Below, piece by piece: positions 1 through 6,793 of a DNA stretch of 14,325 nt. The position numbers and the translations under genes are program-made. The notes under the pieces were generated by a model. That model searched no databases. It was not told the origin of the DNA and saw only the letters and a list, made by a program, of their open reading frames with translations. Every line of letters begins with the position of its first letter. Within the stretch, counting starts at the first letter, position 1. The stretch is taken from assembly GCA_001192655.1 (NCBI GenBank), contig BBVC01000005.1, positions 1 through 14,325 of the forward strand. The letters run 5' to 3'. Source of the stretch: Caedimonas varicaedens. Lineage in GTDB: Bacteria > Pseudomonadota > Alphaproteobacteria > Caedimonadales > Caedimonadaceae.

Positions 1-330
1 TACTTCTTCCAATCTCTTGATCATCAAGCCGTCCTTTTTTTGAGCGCCTGCACTATGCTGATGAGCTCTGACAATCGTTGAGTCGATCATCGCATATTCG
101 TTATCTGCATGCCGCTAAAGTCTCAAAAATCTTTTGCCAAATGCCTGTTTTGCTCTACCGGCTGTGGCGGGTATGAATTACTCTGAAATCTCCAAAACAT
201 TCAGGAAAATCTCGCCACGGAATGCCTGCCCGATAGCGATATAAAACCGCTTCTATAAAACTTTGGCTGTGATACCCACAGAATCAGAACTTTCCGGAAG
301 AAGTGGTTTGATCTTATCCCATTGATCCAT
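1..330 (-). mobile_element. Degraded IS5-family (IS427/IS1031-like) insertion sequence remnant: 5' part of a transposase pseudogene, running off the left window edge
   Basis: Hand translation of the minus strand from the ATG at 328-330 gives MDQWDKIKPLLPESSDSVGITAKVL*. In a shifted frame it continues SFIEAVLYRYRAGIPWRDFPECFGDFRVIHTRHSR*SKTGIWQKIFETLAA. Back in the first frame it reads ADNEYAMIDSTIVRAHQHSAGAQKK, and in the -1 frame GRLDDQEIGRS. These are the conserved N-terminal blocks I recognise from IS5-family transposases (..PWRDLP.., ..RW.K.G.W.., MIDSTIVRAHQHAAGA.., ..GRS). Two indels and a TAG (155-157) in place of the conserved Trp break the frame. Confidence 0.8.
34..40 (-). other. 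A_AAA_AAG slippery heptamer, a candidate programmed -1 frameshift site of the IS transposase
   Basis: The minus strand reads GCT CAA AAA AAG GAC. The heptamer A AAA AAG is phased so that AAA and AAG are zero-frame codons. The homology-bearing continuation (GRLDDQEIGRS) lies exactly in the -1 frame after it. Confidence 0.4.
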
Positions 331-403
331 AGTAGCGCATAGAGAAAAATCCTTCTCAATATCAAATCTACCACACAGCGGGACTATACACCTAATCCAT
401 TTG

Positions 404-1726
404 CTAACTTGAAAGAGTATTAACTGTTATTGCCGATGGGGTTTCAAACCTTGTGTCTCGGGAAGGTTTGAATTTAATGAGAGTATAAAGAGTACTCCCC
501 ATTGTAATTATACAAGCGCACATTAAATAATAAGCGACAGCATTTACGCCTCCAGCATTCTGGATGAGCCACATTGACAAAATTGGTGCAACGCCCCCAA
601 AAGCAATAGCAGTAAAATTCCAGCAGAATGCCACGCTTGTGGCTCTAATATTTGTTGGAAAGGTCTCAGCTACAATAGGGTTAAGAGTTCCTTCTGTCAT
701 GCCAATAAAAGTCCCAAGAAGTAAGGACATTATAAAGATTAAAGAAGAAGCTCCGCTTTCTAAAGAATATATGAACGGAATTGCAGAAACAAAAATACCC
801 ATCGTCCCTAATAAAATTATATAACGTTTGTTAATTTTATCTGACAAATATCCAAAACCTATTGTAGCTAGAGTATAGCTTACCATGGTCAGTAAATTAA
901 ATTTTCCAGCTGTACGAGAATCATAATTAAGAAAATCAATCATCATGGTTTTTCCGAAGATAAAGACAACGAAAAAAGAGATCTGTGTGGTAAGGAAAAT
1001 GGCAAATAAGCTCAATAAGGATACTTTGTGATTGCGAAAGAGTTCTGCGAGAGGATTACGAATAATATTTTGTTTTTGCTGCATAATTAAGAAATCCGGG
1101 CTTTCTAAAAGATTTCTTCTCATATAAAATCCTAATAAACTTCCTATTACGCTTACAAAGAATGGAATTCTCCAGGCATAAGCGTAAAGAGTTTCTTTGG
1201 TAACCCAGGATTCAACAATCAAAATTGTACAGGCGCTTAAAACCAATCCTGTTCCCACGCCAGTCAGAGCAAAGGAACCCAAAAAGCCTCTCTTGTTTTG
1301 CGGAACAGACTCATATAAATACACGCAAGAAGCGCCAAATTCTCCTCCTAAGGCCACCCCTTGAATAATACGGAGAATGATCAATGAAATAGGCGCTGCA
1401 ATTCCTATTTGTTCGTAAGTGGGGAGAAATCCTATACAGAGTGTGGGAATAGACATCAGCAATATTGTTATGGTTAACATTTTTTTCCGACTGTATTTGT
1501 CTCCGATATATCCAAAAATAATTCCCCCAAATGGCCGTGCAGCAAGTCCCACTGCAAACGTTGAAAAAGTTAGGATAATCGAAATAAAACGATCATTTGC
1601 AGGAAAAAATAAAGTGCTGATGACTGTTGAAAAGTAAGCATACAGCGCATATTCATACCACTCTAATACGTTACCGATGGATGAGGAAATAATTGATCTT
1701 AGAATATTTTTGTTGTTTGTGAGCAT
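404..1726 (-). CDS. proP: MFS transporter of the metabolite:H+ symporter (MHS) family, ProP-like (proline/betaine-type osmolyte or metabolite uptake; substrate not determinable from sequence)
   Basis: The ORF is about 440 aa and very hydrophobic, with about 12 membrane spans. It shares clear blocks with E. coli ProP: GNVLEWYEYALY, RPFGGIIFGYIGDKYSRKK (MFS loop 2-3 motif), GGEFGAS, KRGFLGS, WRIPFF. The track starts at TTG 1732. ATG 1726 is better placed, 9 nt after the GAGGAG SD (1736-1741, minus strand). It lacks the C-terminal coiled-coil tail of E. coli ProP. Confidence 0.88.
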   Translation of the reverse strand: MLTNNKNILRSIISSSIGNVLEWYEYALYAYFSTVISTLFFPANDRFISIILTFSTFAVGLAARPFGGIIFGYIGDKYSRKKMLTITILLMSIPTLCIGFLPTYEQIGIAAPISLIILRIIQGVALGGEFGASCVYLYESVPQNKRGFLGSFALTGVGTGLVLSACTILIVESWVTKETLYAYAWRIPFFVSVIGSLLGFYMRRNLLESPDFLIMQQKQNIIRNPLAELFRNHKVSLLSLFAIFLTTQISFFVVFIFGKTMMIDFLNYDSRTAGKFNLLTMVSYTLATIGFGYLSDKINKRYIILLGTMGIFVSAIPFIYSLESGASSLIFIMSLLLGTFIGMTEGTLNPIVAETFPTNIRATSVAFCWNFTAIAFGGVAPILSMWLIQNAGGVNAVAYYLMCACIITMGSTLYTLIKFKPSRDTRFETPSAITVNTLSS

Positions 1727-1828
1727 GTTCAAACTCTCCTCAAACTTTTAATAACAATATGGAAGAACATGTAACGCCCCCTATTATAAAATTATTCTCT
1801 CTAAAACTAATTTTTACTAAATTTTTAG

Positions 1829-2926
1829 TCAATCATTAAAGTTAATTTTTGTATTTTGTTGCGTGATTTGATGGATCAGTTGTTTGGCCATGCCCAAAAA
1901 TATTTCAGAAAGGGGGTGGTGAGGATCGCTTTCAATCAGGGGGAGACCTTCATCAGAGGCGCGCCGCAAGTCTATGGTGAGAGGTATTTCTCCCAGGAAA
2001 GGAATTCCCAGTTTGCGCGCTTCTTCATGAGCACCACCATGATGAAAGATTTCTGAGCGATGATGGCAGGCAGGACAGGAAAAATAACTCATATTTTCAA
2101 TAATGCCCAGAATAGGGATGTGAAGTTTTTGAAACATATGAAGCCCCTTGCGGGCATCAATAAGTGCTAGATCCTGTGGCGTAGAAACGATCACTACGCC
2201 TGCAAGTGGAACCTTTTGAATAAGTGTCAGTTGCGTATCTCCTGTGCCGGGTGGAAGGTCAACGACTAAAATATCCAGATCTTTCCAGGCAACATCCCGC
2301 GTGAGTTGCAAAACGGCAGTCTGAATCATGGGGCCTCTCCAAATCATGGGCATATCTTCCGGAACGAAAAATCCCATAGACATGCATTGGAGACCAAATT
2401 TGATAGGAGGGATTAGACGTTTTTGATCGTCAGTTTTTGGTTTTCCCCCTAATCCCATCATTTTAGGTAATGAAGGGCCATAAATATCCGCGTCTAAAAG
2501 TCCTGTTTTTTTTCCCAGCTTTTGAAAAGCCAAGGCAAGATTGAGTGCCGTGAGAGATTTTCCAACCCCTCCTTTCCCTGAAGCTATGGCAATCACATGT
2601 TGAACTTCCGGAAGTTCAATTTTGACAGCAGGGGGAAGAGGAGGGGGAGTAGGAGTTTCTCCTTTATGTGTTGTCATGACGGTCAGTACTTTCTCTACGC
2701 CAGGCAAAAGAGAGATGCCATCCGTTATTTTTTGACGAAGCTCTTCATAATCTGCCACTTTTTCCGGGGGTGTTTGCAGAGTGATAATAACTCTGCCGCC
2801 TTTCTCTATATTCACGCTTCCAATTAGTCCTGCTTCCACGACAGAGTGACTGGAAAAAGGATCCTGAAAAATTTTCAGACTTTCTATAATTTTTTCTGGC
2901 TTTGGTGAAGGGGAAGAAGAAAACAT
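1829..2926 (-). CDS. apbC: Iron-sulfur cluster carrier ATPase, Mrp/ApbC/NBP35 family
   Basis: It has an N-terminal DUF59-like segment (VVEAGLIGSVNIEKGGRVIITLQ). It also has a deviant Walker A (AIASGKGGVGKS), DADIYGPS, and ENMSYFSCPACHH, the CxxC pair typical of Mrp/ApbC. The start is either GTG 2929 (track) or the adjacent ATG 2926. No clear SD is present. Confidence 0.92.
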   Translation of the reverse strand: MFSSSPSPKPEKIIESLKIFQDPFSSHSVVEAGLIGSVNIEKGGRVIITLQTPPEKVADYEELRQKITDGISLLPGVEKVLTVMTTHKGETPTPPPLPPAVKIELPEVQHVIAIASGKGGVGKSLTALNLALAFQKLGKKTGLLDADIYGPSLPKMMGLGGKPKTDDQKRLIPPIKFGLQCMSMGFFVPEDMPMIWRGPMIQTAVLQLTRDVAWKDLDILVVDLPPGTGDTQLTLIQKVPLAGVVIVSTPQDLALIDARKGLHMFQKLHIPILGIIENMSYFSCPACHHRSEIFHHGGAHEEARKLGIPFLGEIPLTIDLRRASDEGLPLIESDPHHPLSEIFLGMAKQLIHQITQQNTKINFND

Positions 2927-2947
2927 CACAGGATTCTTTCATGCTGT

Positions 2948-2977
2948 CTTGCTTGTTATCGATAACTATCTTATAAC
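2948..2977 (+). promoter_or_regulatory. Candidate promoter for hflK in the apbC/hflK divergent spacer (sigma70-like and/or sigma32-like reading), containing a 12-bp perfect palindrome
   Basis: Sigma70 reading: TTGCTT (2949-2954), 17 nt spacer, TATAAC (2972-2977). Alternative heat-shock-like reading: CTTG (2948-2951), 18 nt spacer, CTTATAA (2970-2976). GTTATCGATAAC (2955-2966) is a perfect palindrome in the spacer. Such motif matches are easy to find in AT-rich DNA. Confidence 0.25.
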
Positions 2978-3035
2978 TTTATTTTAAGTTAGTGACAAAT
3001 GCTGTTCTTAAACGGAATACACAGGAGACAACTGA

Positions 3036-4163
3036 ATGTCTTGGGATGGTCAAACAAGCAAGAATGATAGCGGTCCCTGGGGAAGTGACCCCGGGTCAGG
3101 ACCTGAAAATCCTTGGGGAAAGGGAAATCGCAACCAAAAATCTCGGCAAACTTCGCCAGATTTAGAATCTCTCATCCAGAAAGGTCAGGAATATATCAAG
3201 AAAATGTTTCCTGTGGGGAGTTCTGGTGGCGGAATATTCTTCTTTTCTATTTTGAGTATCGCTTTTTTTGTTTGGCTTTCCACAGGTTTTTATCTTGTTT
3301 CAGAAGGTGAAGTTGGTGTTGAACAACGTTTTGGAAAATACACTATAACAACACAGCCGGGATTGCGTTATCATTTTCCCATGCCTATTGAAAGCGCTAC
3401 CGTCATACGCGTTGCCCAAATCAACCAGGTTGTGAGTGGTATTCAAGTAAAATCCAACAAGGCTCTGATGGGTGAGGAAAGCAGCAACCTGATGTTGACA
3501 GGGGACGAGAATATCCTTTCCCTTATTTTCTCTGTCCTTTGGTTTATTAAAGATCCTGTTAAATACCTCTTTACGGATCCTGATCCTCAACAAACTGTCA
3601 AGCTGGCTGCTGAAAGCGCCGTGCGTGAAGTGATTGCCCAGACACAAATTGCTGAAGTCCTGACCAAGGGAAAGGATAAAATTGTCAGTGATTCAAAAAA
3701 ATTGCTTCAGAAAATGCTGGATGAATATGGTGTAGGAATTGAGGTGCAGCAGGTTAACCTTCTTGAGGTGAACCCGCCACGTAAGGTCATTGATGCCTAT
3801 CGTGATGTTCAGCGGGCGCGTGCAGACAGGGAAAGCAAGATTAATGAAGCGCGGGCTTACCAGAATTCAATTATTCCAGAAGCACGTGGTGAAGCCGAAC
3901 AAGTTACTCAAAATGCAGAGGCTTATCGTCAATCTGTTGTGGCAGATGCCCAGGGGCAGAGCGAAAGGTTCTTATTGCTTCTGAAAGAGTACCAGGTTGC
4001 TCCGGAAGTAACGCGAAAGAGAATTTATATCGATGCTATGACACGCCTTCTTCAGGGAGTTAATAAAGTGATTGTGGATGGCAATACGCAGGGAGTGTTG
4101 CCCTATCTCCCGCTTCCTTCCCTGCAACAATCGAAAAAAGAAGGTGAGGGGAGTCAACCATGA
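3036..4163 (+). CDS. hflK: FtsH protease modulator HflK (SPFH/band-7 family)
   Basis: The ORF is 375 aa. It has a Gly/Pro/Trp-rich N-terminal tail and a single TM (IFFFSILSIAFFVWLSTGFYL). An SPFH domain and a charged C-terminal helical region (EARAYQNSIIPEARGEAEQV) follow. The AGGAG SD lies at 3023-3027, 8 nt before the ATG. The stop overlaps the hflC start (ATGA at 4160-4163). Confidence 0.93.
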   Translation: MSWDGQTSKNDSGPWGSDPGSGPENPWGKGNRNQKSRQTSPDLESLIQKGQEYIKKMFPVGSSGGGIFFFSILSIAFFVWLSTGFYLVSEGEVGVEQRFGKYTITTQPGLRYHFPMPIESATVIRVAQINQVVSGIQVKSNKALMGEESSNLMLTGDENILSLIFSVLWFIKDPVKYLFTDPDPQQTVKLAAESAVREVIAQTQIAEVLTKGKDKIVSDSKKLLQKMLDEYGVGIEVQQVNLLEVNPPRKVIDAYRDVQRARADRESKINEARAYQNSIIPEARGEAEQVTQNAEAYRQSVVADAQGQSERFLLLLKEYQVAPEVTRKRIYIDAMTRLLQGVNKVIVDGNTQGVLPYLPLPSLQQSKKEGEGSQP

Positions 4164-5026
4164 AGCAAACAACATTAACAGGAATTGTTGCCTTTGGCGT
4201 TGCGCTTCTCATTCTTGTATCGAGTTCTTTCTTTATTGTTAACCAAACAGAAAATGCGTTGGTCTTACAATTTGGTAAAATGGTGCATGTGGTTGAGACG
4301 CCTGGACTTAAGCTTAAAGTGCCTTTCATTCAGGATGTAAAGTTTTTTGATCGTCAACTTTTGACTTACAATTTGCCCGTGATTGAGGTGAATGCTGGTG
4401 ATCAAAAGCGTATGGTGGTTGACATGTATCTGAGATACCGCATTACCGATGTTCTGACTTTCTTTAAAAACGTGGGAACAAAAGAAGGACTGCAAAATCG
4501 TCTTGGTAAAATTATGCCCGATATCATGCAGGAAGTGATTGGTCGTGTCACCTTGTCTGAGATGCTTTCACAAAATCGCGCAAACATCATGAGTGAAATT
4601 CAGAAAAAAGCACAAGCTTCGGCCAAGGCATTTGGTATCGATATTAGCGATGTACGTATCATTCGAGCGGATTTGCCTTCTGAAAATAGCGAAGCAATCT
4701 TTAACCGCATGGAAAGTGAACGTCGGCAGGAAGCTAAACAATTTCGGGCGGAAGGTAATGAGCAAGCCCAAGGTATTCGAGCAAAGGCTGAGCGTGAGCG
4801 TACTGTGTTAATTGCAGAAGCAAGGAAGAAAAGTGAAATTCTACGCGGTGAGGGAGATTCGGAAGCAACAAGGATTTATGCAGAAGCGTTTGGAAAAGAT
4901 AAGGAATTTTTTGAATTCTATCGTTCCATGATGGCCTATAAAGAGGCTCTGGGAGATCAAACAACGACTTTAGTGCTTTCTCCCAATAGTTCATTTTTCC
5001 GATTTATGGGACAAAATGGAAAATAA
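4160..5026 (+). CDS. hflC: FtsH protease modulator HflC (SPFH/band-7 family)
   Basis: The ORF is 288 aa with an N-terminal TM (GIVAFGVALLILVSSSFFIV) and an SPFH domain. It has the Glu/Arg/Ala-rich helical region (ESERRQEAKQFRAEGNEQAQGIRAKAERERTVLIAEA). The GGGGAG SD lies at 4148-4153. It is translationally coupled to hflK. Confidence 0.93.
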   Translation: MKQTTLTGIVAFGVALLILVSSSFFIVNQTENALVLQFGKMVHVVETPGLKLKVPFIQDVKFFDRQLLTYNLPVIEVNAGDQKRMVVDMYLRYRITDVLTFFKNVGTKEGLQNRLGKIMPDIMQEVIGRVTLSEMLSQNRANIMSEIQKKAQASAKAFGIDISDVRIIRADLPSENSEAIFNRMESERRQEAKQFRAEGNEQAQGIRAKAERERTVLIAEARKKSEILRGEGDSEATRIYAEAFGKDKEFFEFYRSMMAYKEALGDQTTTLVLSPNSSFFRFMGQNGK

Positions 5027-5189
5027 CATATACCCAAAAGATTTCAAAAGCTGGGTAGGCGGACGAGTGGTGAGTCCCGCGCAACATACATATGAGTATG
5101 TGAGCAGGACGAATTCCGAAATCCAACGACCCCAGGTTTTGAAAGGCGAAGGGTATATTAACCATATCAAAGTGAGGATAATGTGCTGA
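5016..5189 (+). CDS. Candidate small ORF (57 codons) bridging hflC and degP; hypothetical, unverified
   Basis: My own translation: MENNIYPKDFKSWVGGRVVSPAQHTYEYVSRTNSEIQRPQVLKGEGYINHIKVRIMC*. The ATG at 5016 overlaps the last 11 nt of hflC. The TGA at 5187-5189 overlaps the degP GTG at 5183. Only a weak SD-like GGGA (5008-5011) is present, and I recognise no homology. It is below the 60-aa cut-off of the supplied track. Confidence 0.2.
   Translation: MENNIYPKDFKSWVGGRVVSPAQHTYEYVSRTNSEIQRPQVLKGEGYINHIKVRIMC
5042..5144. repeat. Nested inverted repeats (possible structured RNA or miniature palindromic element) in the hflC-degP spacer
   Basis: The outer arms are TTTCAAAAGCTGGG (5042-5055) and CCCAGGTTTTGAAA (5131-5144), complementary at 13 of 14 positions. 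They enclose 75 nt. That insert holds an imperfect 13-bp hairpin at 5074-5110 (GTCCCGCGCAACATAC / loop ATATGA / GTATGTGAGCAGGAC). Hand count for 5051-5135 gives 47/85 G+C (55%), well above the surrounding DNA. Confidence 0.4.
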
Positions 5190-6754
5190 CACATCAATTA
5201 AAAAGAATTCGTTTTGCACTGGCTTTATTATTGGTTGTGCAAACAGGGTCTCCTATTTTTTCCTGGACGAGCAAAGCGACAGCTCCCCATAATTTTGCTG
5301 ATATTGTTGCTCCTTTGCTTTCTTCAGTGGTGAATATTTCTACTGTAACAGAAATTCCACGCAACCGCATTCCTATGGAGATGCCGAATTTTCCTCCTGG
5401 TTCCCCGTTTGAAGAATTGTTTCGTCACTTTCTTGAAGAAGGTCCCCAGGCGCGTCCTCGGAAAACAACATCTTTGGGGTCAGGGTTTATCGTTTCGCAG
5501 AATGGAAAAGAAACACTTATTATTACGTGTAATCATGTTATTACAGATGCAGATAAAATTACAATTATCTTAAACGATAATTCAGAATTTGAAGCACAGG
5601 TTGTTGGTCGGGATCATCGAACTGATTTAGCTCTTCTCAAAATTTCCACAGATAAAAAGTTGATGACTGTGGAGTGGGGAGATTCGGATAGTGCTCGTGT
5701 TGGAGAATGGATTATTGCAATCGGAAACCCTTTTGGTCTTTCCAGCACCGTTACAGTCGGTGTTATTTCCACTGTTGCCCGCAATCTTGCTATCAGAGCG
5801 CCTGGTTTGGAAACAGCTGATTATATTGACGGTTACCTCCAAACAGACGCATCTATTAACATGGGTAATTCAGGTGGCCCCATGTTTAATGTCAATGGTA
5901 AAGTTATAGGTATTAATACGGCTATTCTTTCGCCCAATGGTGGAAGCATCGGAATTGGGTTTGCAATCCCTTCTTCTATTGCCAAGAGCGTTATTGAGCA
6001 ATTAAAACAGTATGGTCGTACCAAGCGCGGCTGGCTGGGGGTCAAGATACAGCCTGTAACAAAGGATATCGCAACTTCTCTGGGGCTTTCAAAAACCGCG
6101 GGTGCTCTGGTTGGAGACCTTTCTCCGCAGAGCCCTGCGATGAAGGCAGGTATCAAGGGAGGAGATGTCATTTTGAGCTTTAATGGGCATGAAATCAAAG
6201 AATCACGTCTCTTGCCTCGTATTGTGGGCGAAGCGCCTATTGGTAGCAAACTTCCAATCGTTGTATGGCGCAATGGCAAGGAAATTAAGCTTGATATTGT
6301 TGTTGGTGAATTTGAAGAAGCAGAAAAAGAAGGGCTGATTTCTTTGGACGGATCAGAAAATAAGAAACTGGATAAACGGCAGCAAGGTCGTGTCGTGTTG
6401 GGTATGGTTTTGCAGGGAATTAAACCCTCTCAATATGAGCGCTTTGGTGTTAACGAAAATACGCGTGGACTTGTGATCACGTATGTCGATCCTGATAGCG
6501 AAGCTGCCGAGAAAGGATTGCGTCCTGGTGATGTGATAAGTGAAGTTCTTCTTGAAGCGACACGTGAGAGGATAACAGAACCTGCACAATTTATAACTTT
6601 CGTTGAAAATGCGCGAAAGCAGCACAAGAAGCAGCTTCTTGTGCTTATTAATCGTGGCAAGGATTCACGCTTTATTTCACTTTCCCTTGAAGAAGAGGCC
6701 CCTTCTGAAGGGAAGAAGCTGGAAAAAAATAATCAAGAAATGAATAGAAAATAA
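5183..6754 (+). CDS. degP: Periplasmic serine endoprotease/chaperone, DegP/HtrA (Do) family with two PDZ domains
   Basis: The ORF is 523 aa. It uses a GTG start with a GAGGA SD at 5174-5178. It has an N-terminal signal peptide (RFALALLLVVQTGSPIFS). The trypsin-fold triad contexts are present: TCNHVI (His), RTDLALLKI (Asp), GNSGGP (Ser). Two PDZ-like C-terminal segments are present (GALVGDLSPQSPAMKAGIKGGDVILSFNG; GLVITYVDPDSEAAEKGLRPGDVI). Confidence 0.93.
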   Translation: MLTHQLKRIRFALALLLVVQTGSPIFSWTSKATAPHNFADIVAPLLSSVVNISTVTEIPRNRIPMEMPNFPPGSPFEELFRHFLEEGPQARPRKTTSLGSGFIVSQNGKETLIITCNHVITDADKITIILNDNSEFEAQVVGRDHRTDLALLKISTDKKLMTVEWGDSDSARVGEWIIAIGNPFGLSSTVTVGVISTVARNLAIRAPGLETADYIDGYLQTDASINMGNSGGPMFNVNGKVIGINTAILSPNGGSIGIGFAIPSSIAKSVIEQLKQYGRTKRGWLGVKIQPVTKDIATSLGLSKTAGALVGDLSPQSPAMKAGIKGGDVILSFNGHEIKESRLLPRIVGEAPIGSKLPIVVWRNGKEIKLDIVVGEFEEAEKEGLISLDGSENKKLDKRQQGRVVLGMVLQGIKPSQYERFGVNENTRGLVITYVDPDSEAAEKGLRPGDVISEVLLEATRERITEPAQFITFVENARKQHKKQLLVLINRGKDSRFISLSLEEEAPSEGKKLEKNNQEMNRK

Positions 6755-6760
6755 TGTATG

Positions 6761-6793
6761 AGGGGATGATGATCAAATCATCCCCTTTTTCTT
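6761..6793 (+). terminator. Rho-independent terminator downstream of degP
   Basis: The stem AGGGGATGAT (6761-6770) pairs with ATCATCCCCT (6777-6786). The loop is GATCAA, and the T-rich tract TTTTTCTT (6786-6793) follows. The element begins 7 nt after the degP stop. Confidence 0.75.

Noticed and set aside
2514-2527. An exact 14-nt match between CCCAGCTTTTGAAA in apbC (2514-2527) and the reverse complement of the left arm of the hflC-degP inverted repeat (5042-5055).
   Set aside because: The match does not extend by a single base on either side. About one such 14-mer coincidence is expected per 14-kb window, counting both strands. It lies inside conserved coding sequence.
5138-5167. A sigma-32-like promoter for degP: TTTGAAA (5138-5144), 15 nt spacer, AACCATAT (5160-5167). 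This resembles CTTGAAA-N13-15-CCCCATNT.
   Set aside because: The implied transcription start (about 5173-5176) would fall on the degP SD (5174-5178), leaving no leader. The -35 C and the first two -10 Cs are missing. It is kept only as an alternative explanation within the spacer finding.
5027-5182. An expected DUF2065/YjeT-type small membrane protein gene, or its remnant, downstream of hflC.
   Set aside because: None of the three + strand frames encodes a hydrophobic segment of the YjeT type. The only open + frame is hydrophilic.
5833-6279. Long antisense ORFs inside well-supported genes. The 148-aa ORF at 5833-6279 is opposite degP. Others are 3300-3647 opposite hflK, 6872-7279 opposite rluD, 8220-8522 and 8546-8806 opposite rpoH, and 12362-12691, 13144-13416 and 13496-13813 opposite putA. 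564-824 and 1419-1637 are opposite the MFS gene, and 1856-2056 and 2597-2827 are opposite apbC.
   Set aside because: They are shadow ORFs on the strand opposite genes with strong family signatures. Their translations are low-complexity or Pro/Arg/Ser-rich with no recognisable motifs and no SD-start arrangement.
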